A DNA stretch of 64,000 bases from an uncultured delta proteobacterium (lineage in GTDB: Bacteria; Myxococcota_A; Polyangia; Polyangiales; Polyangiaceae). Below the pieces are notes generated by a model, which saw only the letters and a list, made by a program, of their open reading frames with translations, was not told where the DNA came from and searched no databases. The translations under genes were made by a program, and so were the position numbers. Location of the stretch: positions 1,487,365-1,551,364 of the forward strand of contig CAWJCS010000003.1 in assembly GCA_963841435.1 (NCBI GenBank), in the 5' to 3' direction. Shown here piece after piece: positions 43,623 through 53,030 of the stretch. Each line of letters starts with the position of its first letter. Positions within the stretch are counted from its first letter, which is position 1.

Positions 43623-43846
43623 GGCTCGGCGTCGAGCTCGTTCAACACGTCGTCGAAGTTGGCGACTCGACCGGCACGTCCGTCCCGGATCCCCCGGGCA
43701 ATCGAAGCATGCAGCTCGCGCCTTTCCGCGTCGCTCATCCCGTCCTCACTAACCACGCAAACGTCGACTACCGTACCCTCGGGAAGGTCGGTAGGTGCGT
43801 CCAGCGTGAGACGCCCGTTCCGCACTGTCGCCTTCAGCACGTCCAT
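43619..43846 (-). CDS. Cognate antitoxin
   Basis: MDVLKATVRNGRLTLDAPTDLPEGTVV...ELHASIARGIRDGRAGRV; TATCAT -10 lies 6 nt before the ATG. Confidence 0.75.
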   Translation of the reverse strand: MDVLKATVRNGRLTLDAPTDLPEGTVVDVCVVSEDGMSDAERRELHASIARGIRDGRAGRVANFDDVLNELDAEP

Positions 43847-43898
43847 CCGTCCATGATACCACCGCTCTCGTGCAGGCGCTCGCTCGCCGCATCGGTGC

Positions 43899-44054
43899 GC
43901 CCTCGCCCCCGGGCTGGTCTCGGGCTCCGCAGGATCGCGCAACCGGCGCGCCGCGCTTCCGCTCGGCGCGTCCCCCTCGCTCTCCTCGCGCGTCACGCCG
44001 CTTGCGCCTTGGAAGGCTGCGCCCGAGCCCATCCCGGGCGCGAGGAGAACCTCC
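43899..44054 (+). repeat. Conserved ~155-nt structured leader of DUF559, copy 1
   Basis: Homologous to 51688-51842 and 62000-62154; outer stem encloses the AGGAG RBS. Confidence 0.8.
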
Positions 44055-44432
44055 ATGCTCAAGCCCAGCTTCACCGTCAGTCCCGCCCGCCAGCAGCTTC
44101 TCGCGGCCCGCGCTCATGACATGCGCGTCTTCGCCCCGGAGCCGGAGCACCGGCTCTGGCAGGAGCTTCGCGGTCAGCGGCTCGGCGTCGTGTTTAGCCG
44201 GCAGGTCGTGCTCGGGCGCCACGTCGCGGACTTCGCCGCGCCGTCGATTAGGCTCGTGGTGGAAGTGGATGGTCCCATTCATGCTCGGCACCGCTCGTAC
44301 GATGCGCGGCGGGACCGGGATCTCGGCCGGCTCGGCTACCACGTGCTTCGCATCCCGGCGGCGCTCGTCATGAAGGAGTTCGCGGCGGCCATGGCCATGG
44401 TGCGCCGCACGCTGAACGAGCGCCGCCGCTGA
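44055..44432 (+). CDS. DUF559 (Vsr-like PD-(D/E)xK) endonuclease
   Basis: PEHRLWQELRG...FSRQVVLGRHVADF...LVVEVDGPIH...DARRDRDLGRLGYHVLRI. Confidence 0.9.
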   Translation: MLKPSFTVSPARQQLLAARAHDMRVFAPEPEHRLWQELRGQRLGVVFSRQVVLGRHVADFAAPSIRLVVEVDGPIHARHRSYDARRDRDLGRLGYHVLRIPAALVMKEFAAAMAMVRRTLNERRR

Positions 44433-44438
44433 CGCGCG

Positions 44439-44496
44439 GTCCAACTTTCGCATCAAGCTGGCGAGGTTCGCTCGCAGCTTATCCGGGGCGTTGATC
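44439..44496 (+). other. Integron attC site
   Basis: GTCCAAC-TTTCG-CATCAAGC...GCTTATC-CGGGGC-GTTGATC; starts 6 nt after the DUF559 stop. Confidence 0.85.
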
Positions 44497-44533
44497 CTCA
44501 CGACGGCGGACGAATGGCCGCTAGACGCCGAAC

Positions 44534-44713
44534 TCAAGGGACCGCCCCTTCGCAAGAGCTCCGCTCGTAGTCCCACCTTCCACCGGCATCGAGGCAACGA
44601 TCAATCAGCATGAATCGCCGGACCCAAAATCCACCGCCGATCGCGGCGAGCACAAGCAGCGCCAGCACGCCCACTTGGACTCCTGTGATCGGCCGGCGCT
44701 GTAACCCGGTCAT
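44534..44713 (-). CDS. Putative immunity protein (single TM, Cys pair)
   Basis: TGATG overlap with the SAA-like toxin; MTGLQRR...IDRCLDAGGRWDYERSSCE. Confidence 0.65.
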   Translation of the reverse strand: MTGLQRRPITGVQVGVLALLVLAAIGGGFWVRRFMLIDRCLDAGGRWDYERSSCEGAVP

Positions 44714-45035
44714 CAGTACGCTGGACCGAGCCCATTCGGGCGGTAGATGGCGCACGCCTTCTTACATTCGTACTCGTCGTGCGCACCGCTGTTTCGACCG
44801 TGACGGTTCGCCGCCTGGTCGGCGTTGCACGCGCTGGCCGGATCTCCCTTCAGATGCTCGTCCGTCCATTCCCGCGCGTCAGAAATCGCTTCGGCAACGT
44901 CTTCGCGTCCACGGGCCGCTGCCTCGCAATTCGCCTTGCAGTGGAAGTACTTGTCGGCGCCAATCGTGTTTGCGTCGCGCATGTCGTTGTAATTGTCACG
45001 GAAGGCGTCGACCGCATCTGGGTAGCTCGTGAGGC
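44713..45035 (-). pseudogene. Orphan toxin tip with serum-amyloid-A-like domain (Rhs core deleted)
   Basis: YNDMRDANTIGADKYFHCKANCEAAARG...AEAISDARE...ADQAANRHGR...YRPNGLGPAY; occupies the Rhs-CT slot. Confidence 0.8.
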
Positions 45036-45066
45036 GGTCAAGCTGATGCTTAAACGCTTAAACCGT

Positions 45067-45085
45067 TTATCCGGGGGCGTTGGAA
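45067..45085 (+). other. Degenerate attC right half
   Basis: TTATCCGGGGGC-GTTGGAA matches L'-R' of the other sites. Confidence 0.55.
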
Positions 45086-45275
45086 GGGGCAAGTCTTCGG
45101 AACCCGGGCTCGGGACATGCGCGTCTATCCCTCCGAGCCTGAGCGCCGGCTCTGGCAAGAGCTCCGCGGCGCGCGGCTCGGGGTTGCGTTTCGCAGGCAG
45201 GTCGTCCTCGGAAACGTGTCCGTCCGCCGGACCGCACCCGGTGCGAGGGTTGACGCCGAGGTGTGGCCGGTCGGG

Positions 45276-46923
45276 CTATTCGGCGGCGGAAGGCGGCGCC
45301 GCCGCGCGCGCCACCTGCCACGGCGCCGGCAGCAAATCCCGGCAGATCCTTGAGACGCATACGGCGGGCGAGGCGCGGCAGCACGTCGGCGAGGTACTCG
45401 ACGGGGTCGATCTCGGCGAGCGCCGAGCAGCCGAGGATGGTGTAGGCGATCGCAGCTCGTTCGCCGCCGGCGTCGGAGCCGGCGAAGAGAAAGTTCTTGC
45501 GCGTGAGTGCCGCGCGGACGTGCAGGCGTTCGACGACGCCGTTGTCGATGGGGATCACACCGTCTTCGAGAAACCGACCGAGCGCGACGTGGTGGTTTTG
45601 GAGGTAGCGGATCGCCGTGCCCATCGGCGAGCTCGGTGGTTCGTGCGGTTCGTGGACGTTCGCCCAGGCGACGAGCTCGTCGAAGACCGGCTTGCTCCGT
45701 GCCTGCCGCTCGACGAGCCGGGCCTCCGGCGTCGCGTCCTTCGTCCCCGCCTCGATTTCGTAAAGCTTCTTGTACGCGGCGATCGGCAGCGCCGCGCGCT
45801 TGTCACCGCCGTCGAGCGCCTCGAAGAAGTAGCGGCGAGCGTGCATGTTGCAGCCGCACTCGATGAGCGTCTCGCGCTTGAAGCTCGCATCGAAAACGCC
45901 GGCCGCGTCGGCCACCGTGTAGCCGTTTCGGAGCTTGAGCACGTCTTCCGGCCCAAGCTCACCCTTTTTCTGCCCCGTCTTTTTGCCGGTCGAGGCGTAG
46001 AGGTAGAGCGCCGTCTCTTGGTCGCCCACGTAACCCCAGAGCGTTCCGAGCTTCTTGCCGCCAGGCGCGTCCCGATCGAGCACTGGCAGGCTCGTGCCGT
46101 CCAGGTGCATCACGACCGACATCAAGACGTTCGCGATGGCCGCGCGCCAGAGCGGTCGGAGCAAGTCCGTCGCCCACGTCACCTGGTCGGCGAGCGTCGA
46201 GACGCTGATGTCGAGCCCCATTCTCTCGAAACGCTGCCTCTGACGGTGCAGCGGCAGGCCATCCCAATACTTGTCCACCAAGAGCTGGGCGACGAGTCTC
46301 GCGCCGAGCTTGCCGCCCGAGACGACCTTGTCGCCCGGCGGTGCTCGCACGAGCTCGCCCTCGCACCGCTTGCACGCAAGCTTCTCGCGAGCGTCGCGCC
46401 GCACCACGACCTCTGCCGGGATGAGCTCGATGACTTCCGTCACGTCGTGGCCGATGCACTCCCGCTCGGCTCCGCAGACCGGGCAGGGTCGCTCGGCGTC
46501 GGGCACGCGGAGCAGGTTCTCGATACGTCGCAGCTCCGGCGGCGGCGCCTTCCGCAGCGGCGGCTGCTTCTTGGGCTCCTTCGTTTCCTTCGTCTCCGGG
46601 TCCTCCTTTGCCCCGTCGTCGATGCCGGCAGCACTGCGGAGCCTTCGGTTCGCTTCGTCCCGCTCCTCGTCCGTCCCGCTCTCGCTCTCCGCCGCCGTAG
46701 CGAGTGCGTCGAGAAACAACAGCAGCTGCGCCTTCGGCACGCTCTCGTTCTTCTTGCGGCGCGACGCGATCTCGGCAAGCCGCTGCTCGAGCTCGCTATT
46801 GCGCGCCACGAGCTTCTCCACCACCGCGAGCACCTCGTCGTTGCGTCCCTCGGAGAGCAGCTCCTTGAGCACGTCGAGCACCGCCCCTCGTCGCTCGCTA
46901 GTGCTCTTCGACGCTCCGGCCAC
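45276..46923 (-). CDS. tnpC: IS66 transposase TnpC; extra C near 3' end
   Basis: Zn-ribbon CPVCG/CKRC, LPLHRQ, HLDGT, CNMHARRYF, IDNGVVER. Confidence 0.93.
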
Positions 46924-46995
46924 CCACGCTTTCTATTTCATCGCGATCGCCAGTGCCAAGCACAATCGCAGGGTGTCACGTGGGATCACGTAGCG

Positions 46996-47376
46996 TCACC
47001 CGGACGCAGATGCCCGAGCGTGCAGCGGCGGCTCCCAGCGCTTCTGCGCGTGCACCACCCGGGCGTCGATGCCCTCGAGCAGCATCGAGAGCTCGTGCAC
47101 GTCGAGCTCCACGCTCTTCGCCTCGCTCGTCATCCTCTTCGCAAACGTGAAACGCCCCTGCTCGAGCCGCTTGTGCACAATCGTGAAGCCGCCGCGAGTC
47201 CACAACAAAAGCTTCACCATCGTGCGCCGTCGGTTCAGAAACACGAAGACGTGCCCGCTCAGCGGGTCGCGCCGCAGCACCTCGCGCACCTCGTTCGACA
47301 AGCCGTCGAATGACTTCCTCAAGTTCACCGGCTCCGTCCCCACGTATACGCGCACCGCGCGCGGCAGAAGCAACAC
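46996..47376 (-). CDS. tnpB: IS66 accessory protein TnpB
   Basis: PVNLRKSFDGL...DPLSGHVFVFLNRRR..KLLLW..GGF..HKRLEQGRF. Confidence 0.95.
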   Translation of the reverse strand: MLLLPRAVRVYVGTEPVNLRKSFDGLSNEVREVLRRDPLSGHVFVFLNRRRTMVKLLLWTRGGFTIVHKRLEQGRFTFAKRMTSEAKSVELDVHELSMLLEGIDARVVHAQKRWEPPLHARASASG

Positions 47377-47380
47377 GGGC

Positions 47381-47716
47381 CTACTGCCTCACCAGCTCGC
47401 CCACGAGCGCCACCACCCACGACGGCGGCACCCGCCCTGGATCCAGCTCGACCGCCACCCCACCCGGCAGACGCACCACGACCGGGTGCTCGGCCCTGGC
47501 GCCAGACTCAATCCGCACCACGGCCGGAACGAGACGCGAGATCGCGCCGTCGACCGACTTTCGTCCGCGCTTCGTCCCCGCTCCGAGCCGACGCTGCCAG
47601 AAATGCAGCCGCTGCGGGTCGATGCCGTGCTCACGTCCGTACGACCGAGCCGATTTCCCGCTCGCCCGCCATCGCGACAAAATCTCTCCTGCCTCGTCCG
47701 CCGTCCAGCGTGCCAT
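47381..47716 (-). CDS. tnpA: IS66 TnpA-like HTH protein
   Basis: WRASGKSARSYGREHGI...LHFWQRRL; first IS66 ORF. Confidence 0.85.
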   Translation of the reverse strand: MARWTADEAGEILSRWRASGKSARSYGREHGIDPQRLHFWQRRLGAGTKRGRKSVDGAISRLVPAVVRIESGARAEHPVVVRLPGGVAVELDPGRVPPSWVVALVGELVRQ

Positions 47717-48051
47717 CGCCGCCGAGTCTGCCGCGCCCAGCCCCGCGCAGGGGCGCCGTCAGAGGGTGCGCTCGGGCGGACGGACACTCGGAAACCGCTA
47801 CGTCGCGGACTTCGCCGCGCCGGCGGTCAAGCTCGTAGTCGAGGCGGACGGCGCGGTGTCGCATGTCGGCGGCGCGCCGCGGAGCCGCGGACGCGCGGCG
47901 CGATCGAGATCTCGGTCGGCTCGGCTACCGGGTCCTCCGTATTCCAGCGGCGCTCGTCATGAAAGACTTCGCAGCAGCCGTCGCCATGGTGCGCCGCGCG
48001 CTGAGCGGGTGCCGACGCTGACGCGCTCCGCGGGGGCGCCGCTCGGATGTC

Positions 48052-48804
48052 TCATCTCCTGCTGCCCTGTTCTTGCATGAAGTCTCGTGCCAACTGAAAC
48101 GCCTCCGTTTCCTCGTACTCAACTCGAGATATTCCGACGGTGTCAAGCCGGTATATTGTGGCTCCCGGGAGCGCCAGCAGGATTGGCGAATGAGTGGCGA
48201 CGATGACTTGCGAGCCTTTGCTCTCTACGTGCGTCCGCAATTCGCCAAGGAGTTCTATTTGGCGCCGGACGGAAAGACCAGCTTCCGGCTCGTCGAGGAT
48301 ATACAGCCCATTCGGGCCAAAGCGATGTCTGACGAGCGTCATGAGGGACTCGCCATGAGACATTTCATGGAGCGACCTGCCGCCATAAGAGTCCAACACT
48401 GGAGGTCCGAGAACCGGTTCGCTGTCAAGGTCCTCAATGTTCGTGGCCACGTTGAAGAAACTCTCTGCTCTAAGAAAAAAACCGGTCCGCGGCCTACGGT
48501 CCGTGCGAGCAAGTCGGATGCACCGGTAGAGTTCCGACTCCGAAGCGCGAGTGGAGAATCGGAAATTCGTCGTCCCTCCTTCTGCGTTGAATCCGGATGC
48601 CAGTGCTATCGCCTCCACGATCGTCGATTTTCCGCTGCCGTTCTCCCCCACGAAGTAAGTCGCACTGGGGTTGAGTAACAAGCGTTTTTTAAGCGCGTCA
48701 ACGGCGGGAATCGAGTAGGGATATCCCTTCAACTCCGCGACCTTCTCCGCGATGAGTTGAACAGACTGAACGTAGGGTGCGCTACCGAAGGCGTTGGAAC
48801 GCAT
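48052..48804 (-). CDS. Predicted AAA/ABC-type ATPase (COG3910-like)
   Basis: YPYSIPA, GENGSGKST, FFLRAESF, SHGES, YILDEPE, VATHSP; lower GC. Confidence 0.88.
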   Translation of the reverse strand: MRSNAFGSAPYVQSVQLIAEKVAELKGYPYSIPAVDALKKRLLLNPSATYFVGENGSGKSTIVEAIALASGFNAEGGTTNFRFSTRASESELYRCIRLARTDRRPRTGFFLRAESFFNVATNIEDLDSEPVLGPPVLDSYGGRSLHEMSHGESLMTLVRHRFGPNGLYILDEPEAGLSVRRQIELLGELRTHVESKGSQVIVATHSPILLALPGATIYRLDTVGISRVEYEETEAFQLARDFMQEQGSRR

Positions 48805-48818
48805 CGGCGCGAACCATA

Positions 48819-49253
48819 TCAACCACCGCCCTGACTCGTCAGAGCGGCAGGTTCGAGATGCCTGAATCTGTGCCAAAGCGGTCTAAGCAGGTCCGCGTAC
48901 AAGAGTCCGATGGCCTCGCGGACTTCGGATGCCGCATCAGACTGTGCCTCTTTTTCGCGTACGGACCGAAAGAGCTCCGTCAGAGCCGTGGATGCTTCGA
49001 CCAACTCCCGCGAGATCGACGCAGCACTCGATTCTGACAGCTGCTCCACAAGGTCTTGCCATGGCTCTGCGTCCTCGAGAACACGAGGTTGCGCCGCGCG
49101 GCCTCCTAATGCGTCAAGAGCCCGACCAACGGCGAACTCCGTGTCCCGGAGGGCAGACCAGAAGCAGTTCGCTCCATCCCCACCCAACATGGCAGCAACC
49201 CTCGCAAGGGCGCTGTCGAAGGCCTCGATGGACGAACGTTGGGCAGTGATCAT
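48819..49253 (-). CDS. Putative Rhs immunity protein
   Basis: Directly after the toxin stop; helical, ends LLRPLWHRFRHLEP. Confidence 0.65.
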   Translation of the reverse strand: MITAQRSSIEAFDSALARVAAMLGGDGANCFWSALRDTEFAVGRALDALGGRAAQPRVLEDAEPWQDLVEQLSESSAASISRELVEASTALTELFRSVREKEAQSDAASEVREAIGLLYADLLRPLWHRFRHLEPAALTSQGGG

Positions 49254-49258
49254 GGCCG

Positions 49259-51046
49259 CTAGCACCCGTTCCTTGCCATGCAGTCGTTGATGCAACGCTG
49301 GAAGCCCCAGTTGCCACCGAGGTCCTTGTCCACCTCGAGCTGGTCGGCGCAGTCCTCTCGGATGCACTTCAGCTTCACCGCGCCGCAGTCGGGAGGGGGA
49401 GGAGGCGGCGGAACAGGGCATGCAGTGGGCGCGGGGGCCGGAACCGGCTTGGGCTTCGGCCTGAAGATGTCGCGGATTGCCGCGCGACAGTCCGGACTCA
49501 GCCAACAAGCAATCGCCCCAGCACCAGCGGCCGCGCCCAGGATGGGAAGCACCGGCAAAGGGATTGGCGGGAAGATGATCTGGAGTCCGTCCGGGTCCAG
49601 GAGGTTGACAGGGTCGAGGTTGGCGTAGCCGTAGAGGTTTTCGGCCCGACTGTCGAACCTTATCGGGTCCTTGGCTGTCCACCTTCCGACCAATGAATCA
49701 TAGTCGCGCACCCCAAAACGCGCGAGCCGCGTGTCGCCGTCATAGAGACCGCCTGCAAACCCAAATGGCATCCAATCAAGTCCTGTCCCGCCAAACTCGC
49801 CAAACGTTGACCAACTGGCCTGGTAAGGTACGTCAGCAGAGTCGGCTACGTTGACGACAAACATCGGGGATCCGAACTGATCTGAGAATACCCGGTATAG
49901 TGAACCTTCCCGCAATACACAATCCGGCGTATTCGACTTCGTCGTGTACGCAAACTGCGCGACGAGATTGCCTGCACCATCGAGCTCCGCCGCTGGGTAG
50001 TGCCAGGTCAGGTACACCCACTGCTTCAACAACACCCCATTCTTCTTCTTCCCCACCCGCCGCCCCACCCCATCGACCAAGTACTCCACCAAGTCCCCAT
50101 TCGGGAGCCCCACGCTCAGCAAATTCCCGAGCGCATCGTACTGAAAAAGCCACTCTTGCCCAGTCGAGGAGTCGGTCTTCGTCTCCATCTCCCCATTCGC
50201 CGTGTACGTGAACACCCACGGCCCGTACGAAAGCAACCGGTCCTGGTCGTCGTACGTCCCGGTCCACGTCCCCCTCCCGGCCTTGTACCCCGCCGTCCGA
50301 TTGCCGTTGGCGTCGTACTCGAAGTGCTCGTCGAGCACGCCGTTGATCGTCACGTCCGTCAGCCGTCGCAGCGCGTCGTACGTGTACTGGTACACCTTCG
50401 TCGTGCCGTTGATGACCTCCGTCTTCTGCACGATCCGCCCGAGCTTGTCCCGCTCGACGCCTGCCGCGTCATACGTGATGTCCGCGATCGGCGTCGCGCT
50501 GAACTGCGCCGTCTGCCGCGCGAGCTCGCCAAACGTGTTGTAGCTCAGCGACTCCGTCGTGTTGCCGAGCGCGATGCCGGTGATGAGCCCATTCTGCGCG
50601 CTCCGCGTGAGCCGGAGCGCATTCGCCGCACTGGTCCCGCTGCAGCTCACCGGCGACGCACAGGTGAGCAACTGGTCAGCATCGTACCCGAACACCGTCT
50701 GCGCCGTGCCGCTCGCCCCCGTGACGGTCTCGAGGATTTTCTGGAAGTCGTTGTTGTACTGCCACGCGACGCTCCCTTGGACGTCGCCGCTCCACGTGGT
50801 GCTCGTCGTGAGCATCCCGTCGTAGTCGAAGTGCAGGTTGACGCCGTACGGCCCGAGAATATCGCTCGTCTTGCCCGCGCCGCTCGGGGTGCCGGGCGGG
50901 TAGTACGCGTAGTCCAGCATGCCGCCGGGGATTTGGACGGTGTCGAGGCGGCCGGCGCTGTCGGGCGTCCTGACGATCTGGACGCTGTCGGGGCGGGTTT
51001 CGGTGCGGAGCATGCGGTCGGGGTCGTAAGTGTAGCTCTCTTGATG
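49259..51046 (-). CDS. rhs: Orphan Rhs core + Cys/Pro-rich toxin tip
   Basis: YD repeats, PFGFAGGLYD..RFGVRDYD, DPVNLLDPDGL cleavage motif; first ATG at 51013. Confidence 0.92.
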   Translation of the reverse strand, partial: HQESYTYDPDRMLRTETRPDSVQIVRTPDSAGRLDTVQIPGGMLDYAYYPPGTPSGAGKTSDILGPYGVNLHFDYDGMLTTSTTWSGDVQGSVAWQYNNDFQKILETVTGASGTAQTVFGYDADQLLTCASPVSCSGTSAANALRLTRSAQNGLITGIALGNTTESLSYNTFGELARQTAQFSATPIADITYDAAGVERDKLGRIVQKTEVINGTTKVYQYTYDALRRLTDVTINGVLDEHFEYDANGNRTAGYKAGRGTWTGTYDDQDRLLSYGPWVFTYTANGEMETKTDSSTGQEWLFQYDALGNLLSVGLPNGDLVEYLVDGVGRRVGKKKNGVLLKQWVYLTWHYPAAELDGAGNLVAQFAYTTKSNTPDCVLREGSLYRVFSDQFGSPMFVVNVADSADVPYQASWSTFGEFGGTGLDWMPFGFAGGLYDGDTRLARFGVRDYDSLVGRWTAKDPIRFDSRAENLYGYANLDPVNLLDPDGLQIIFPPIPLPVLPILGAAAGAGAIACWLSPDCRAAIRDIFRPKPKPVPAPAPTACPVPPPPPPPDCGAVKLKCIREDCADQLEVDKDLGGNWGFQRCINDCMARNGC

Positions 51047-51047
51047 C

Positions 51048-51130
51048 CCACGCCCCGTCCGTCCTCGCAGCTTCGCTGCTGCGGGCGGCCGACCCCTCCC
51101 TTACCCGGGCGTTGCCCGGATGGGAGGGGT
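51048..51130. repeat. Conserved double-hairpin element, copy 3
   Basis: ACCCCTCCC-TTAC-CCGGGC-GTT-GCCCGG-AT-GGGAGGGGT; near-identical to 61235-61317. Confidence 0.85.
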
Positions 51131-51233
51131 GAGGTCTTGGCGGGCTGGAAGGGGCGGGGCGAGGCTGCAAGCGTGCGGCGGCCGGAGTTTCCTCCGCTGG
51201 CTGGCGGGTGCCGCGGGCTGTATGATTTCTGAC

Positions 51234-51443
51234 ATGAAGCTTGTGGTCACCCTGGAGCGGGACGAGAACGGAGTGGTCGTTGCCGAGTGTCCCGCCATCC
51301 CCGGTTGCGTCAGCCAGGGCGCCACCGAGGACGAGGCGCTTGCCAACATCCGCGAGGCCGTCGTCGGGTGCCTCGAGGCTCGTGCCGAAGCTGGGATGCC
51401 TTTGACCGTGCGGACTGTCGAGCTGGACGTCGCGGTTGCCTGA
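51234..51443 (+). CDS. hicB: HicB antitoxin (short, antitoxin-first order)
   Basis: MKLVVTLERDENGVVVAECPAIPGCVSQGATEDEALANIREA; TATGAT 7 nt upstream. Confidence 0.92.
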   Translation: MKLVVTLERDENGVVVAECPAIPGCVSQGATEDEALANIREAVVGCLEARAEAGMPLTVRTVELDVAVA

Positions 51444-51660
51444 GCTGCCCGTCGTTTCAGGGCGCGACGCTCGTCGGGCGTTCGAGCGGCTCGGGTGGAC
51501 CTTCAACCGGCAGAAGGGTAGCCACATGATCTTGCTGCGGCCCGGGCACATTGCCTCGCTCTCGATTCCGGACCACCGCGAGCTCGCCGCTGGGACGCTT
51601 CGCAAGCTCATCCGAGCGGCGGGCATCACGGTCGACGACTTCGTCCAGGCGCTCAAGTAG
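51436..51660 (+). CDS. hicA: HicA toxin
   Basis: LPVVSGRDARRAFERLGW..NRQKGSHMIL...SIPDHRELAAGTLRKLI. Confidence 0.92.
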   Translation: MPELPVVSGRDARRAFERLGWTFNRQKGSHMILLRPGHIASLSIPDHRELAAGTLRKLIRAAGITVDDFVQALK

Positions 51661-51687
51661 CGCTCCGCGGCGCGACTCGAGCGCGGC

Positions 51688-51842
51688 GCCCTCGCGCCCG
51701 GCCTGGTCTCGGGCTCCGCGGGATGGCGCAACCGGCGCGCCGCGCTTCTGCTCAGCACGGCGCCTCCTCGCTCCTCGCGCGTCACGCCGCTTGCGCCGGT
51801 GAGGCTGCGCCCGAGCCCACCCCGGGCGCGAGGAGAACCGCC
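51688..51842 (+). repeat. Conserved structured DUF559 leader, copy 2
   Basis: Homologous to 43899 and 62000 copies. Confidence 0.8.
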
Positions 51843-52220
51843 ATGCTCAAGCACAGCCTCACCGTCAGTCCCGCCCGCCAGCAGCTTCTCGCAGCCCGCG
51901 CGCATGACATGCGGGCCTACGCTTCGGAGCCGGAGCGCCGGCTCTGGCAAGAGCTTCGCGGCGGGCCGCTCGGCGTCGTGTTTCGTCGGCAGGTCGTGCT
52001 CGGGCGCTACGTCGCGGACTTCGCCGCGCCGGCGGTCAAGCTCGTCGTGGAGGTGGACGGCGCCACTCATGCTCGGCGCCAGCGCGCTGATGAGCGCAGG
52101 GACAGGGACCTCGGGCGGCTCGGCTACTCCGTCCTCCGCGTCCCAGCGGCGCTCGTCATGAAGGACATCGTCGCCGCCGTCGCGCTGGTGCGCCGCGCGC
52201 TGGACGAGCTCCGCCGCTGA
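51843..52220 (+). CDS. DUF559 endonuclease
   Basis: EPERRLWQELRG...FRRQVVLGRYVADF...VEVDGATH...DERRDRDL. Confidence 0.9.
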   Translation: MLKHSLTVSPARQQLLAARAHDMRAYASEPERRLWQELRGGPLGVVFRRQVVLGRYVADFAAPAVKLVVEVDGATHARRQRADERRDRDLGRLGYSVLRVPAALVMKDIVAAVALVRRALDELRR

Positions 52221-52226
52221 CGCGCG

Positions 52227-52284
52227 GTCCAACTGTCGGATCAAGCTGACGAGCTTCGCTCGCAGCTTATCCGGGGCGTTGGAT
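52227..52284 (+). other. Integron attC site (58 bp)
   Basis: GTCCAAC (RYYYAAC), 5 nt, GATCAAGC, TGACGAGC-TTC-GCTCGCA, GCTTATC, 6 nt, GTTGGAT (GTTRRRY). Unpaired C and A on the top strand equal extrahelical G and T on the bottom strand. Confidence 0.92.
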
Positions 52285-52312
52285 TGCGGAGGCCGATGCT
52301 TTCGTTATTCCG

Positions 52313-52564
52313 TCAGTCCTCACCAGCGGGCACGTTGCGACCTCTCAATCGAAGCGTCTCTCGTTGTGCGGCAAGAACACTGAGCAGGCTTTGAATTAGG
52401 AGACCGCTTATCGCGACTAGACGCAACGGTCCCGTGAAGACCACCTCACCTCGCATTGCCTCCAGGGCGACAACAAAACATATCCCCCCACACACCAGGT
52501 GGAGAGCGACCTTCGCGACACCAATCACTACCCCCTGGCGACGTGGCACCCCTCCTATAGACAT
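52313..52564 (-). CDS. Putative immunity protein (2 TM)
   Basis: Overlaps the toxin stop; two hydrophobic helices. Confidence 0.6.
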   Translation of the reverse strand: MSIGGVPRRQGVVIGVAKVALHLVCGGICFVVALEAMRGEVVFTGPLRLVAISGLLIQSLLSVLAAQRETLRLRGRNVPAGED

Positions 52565-53030
52565 GATGCAATTGCCGGGTCACACGGCGGCGGTGGAGCC
52601 GGCGGGGTGGGGGGTGGCGGCGGGGGCGGCGCACCACAACCGCTCGCTGGTGCCGGCGCCGGTGTCCGCGGGGGCGGCGGACACAATTCTGTAAGTGCTA
52701 TGAAAAACGCTCCACACGCGACCGTGCAACCGACGGCACAGTATGGGTTTGCACCACAGGGAGCGCAGACCGCGTAGCACTCAGCAACGCCGGCGCCGCC
52801 AATAAGTATGGTGCAGAGGTCCGTCCCAAATGGATCACGCCAGTTGATCGGATCGTTGCGGCTATAAGCATAGAAATTGGTTTCGGCGCTGTTGAAGCGC
52901 GTCGGATCTCTTGCGACCCATCGACCTATTCTTGAATCGTAATCTCTGATCCCGAAACGATCAAGGCGTGTGTCGGCATCATAGGTGCCCCCCGCAAACC
53001 CAAACGGCATCCAATCGAGCCCTGTCCCCG

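Larger units (their letters stand above)
45216..47787 (-). mobile_element. IS66-family element, copy 1 (2572 bp)
   Basis: Terminal IR GTGTCCGTCCGCC; 8-bp target duplication TCGGAAAC (45208-15, 47788-95). Confidence 0.95.
45117..48021 (+). pseudogene. DUF559 endonuclease disrupted by IS66 and further indels
   Basis: MRVYPSEPERRLWQELRG...RQVVLGN|RYVADFAAPAVKLVVE joins across the IS; ends ccgacgctga like intact copies. Confidence 0.85.

Noticed and set aside
44713-45035. Recent horizontal transfer or contamination from an animal SAA gene
   Set aside because: GC-rich bacterial-style codons, extra cysteines, bacterial translational coupling and position in the toxin slot.
51025-51046. Invariant TACACT (minus strand) in the Rhs stub start as a promoter for orphan toxins
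   Set aside because: No plausible -35 or SD, and it reads as normal Rhs coding sequence (ESYTYD).
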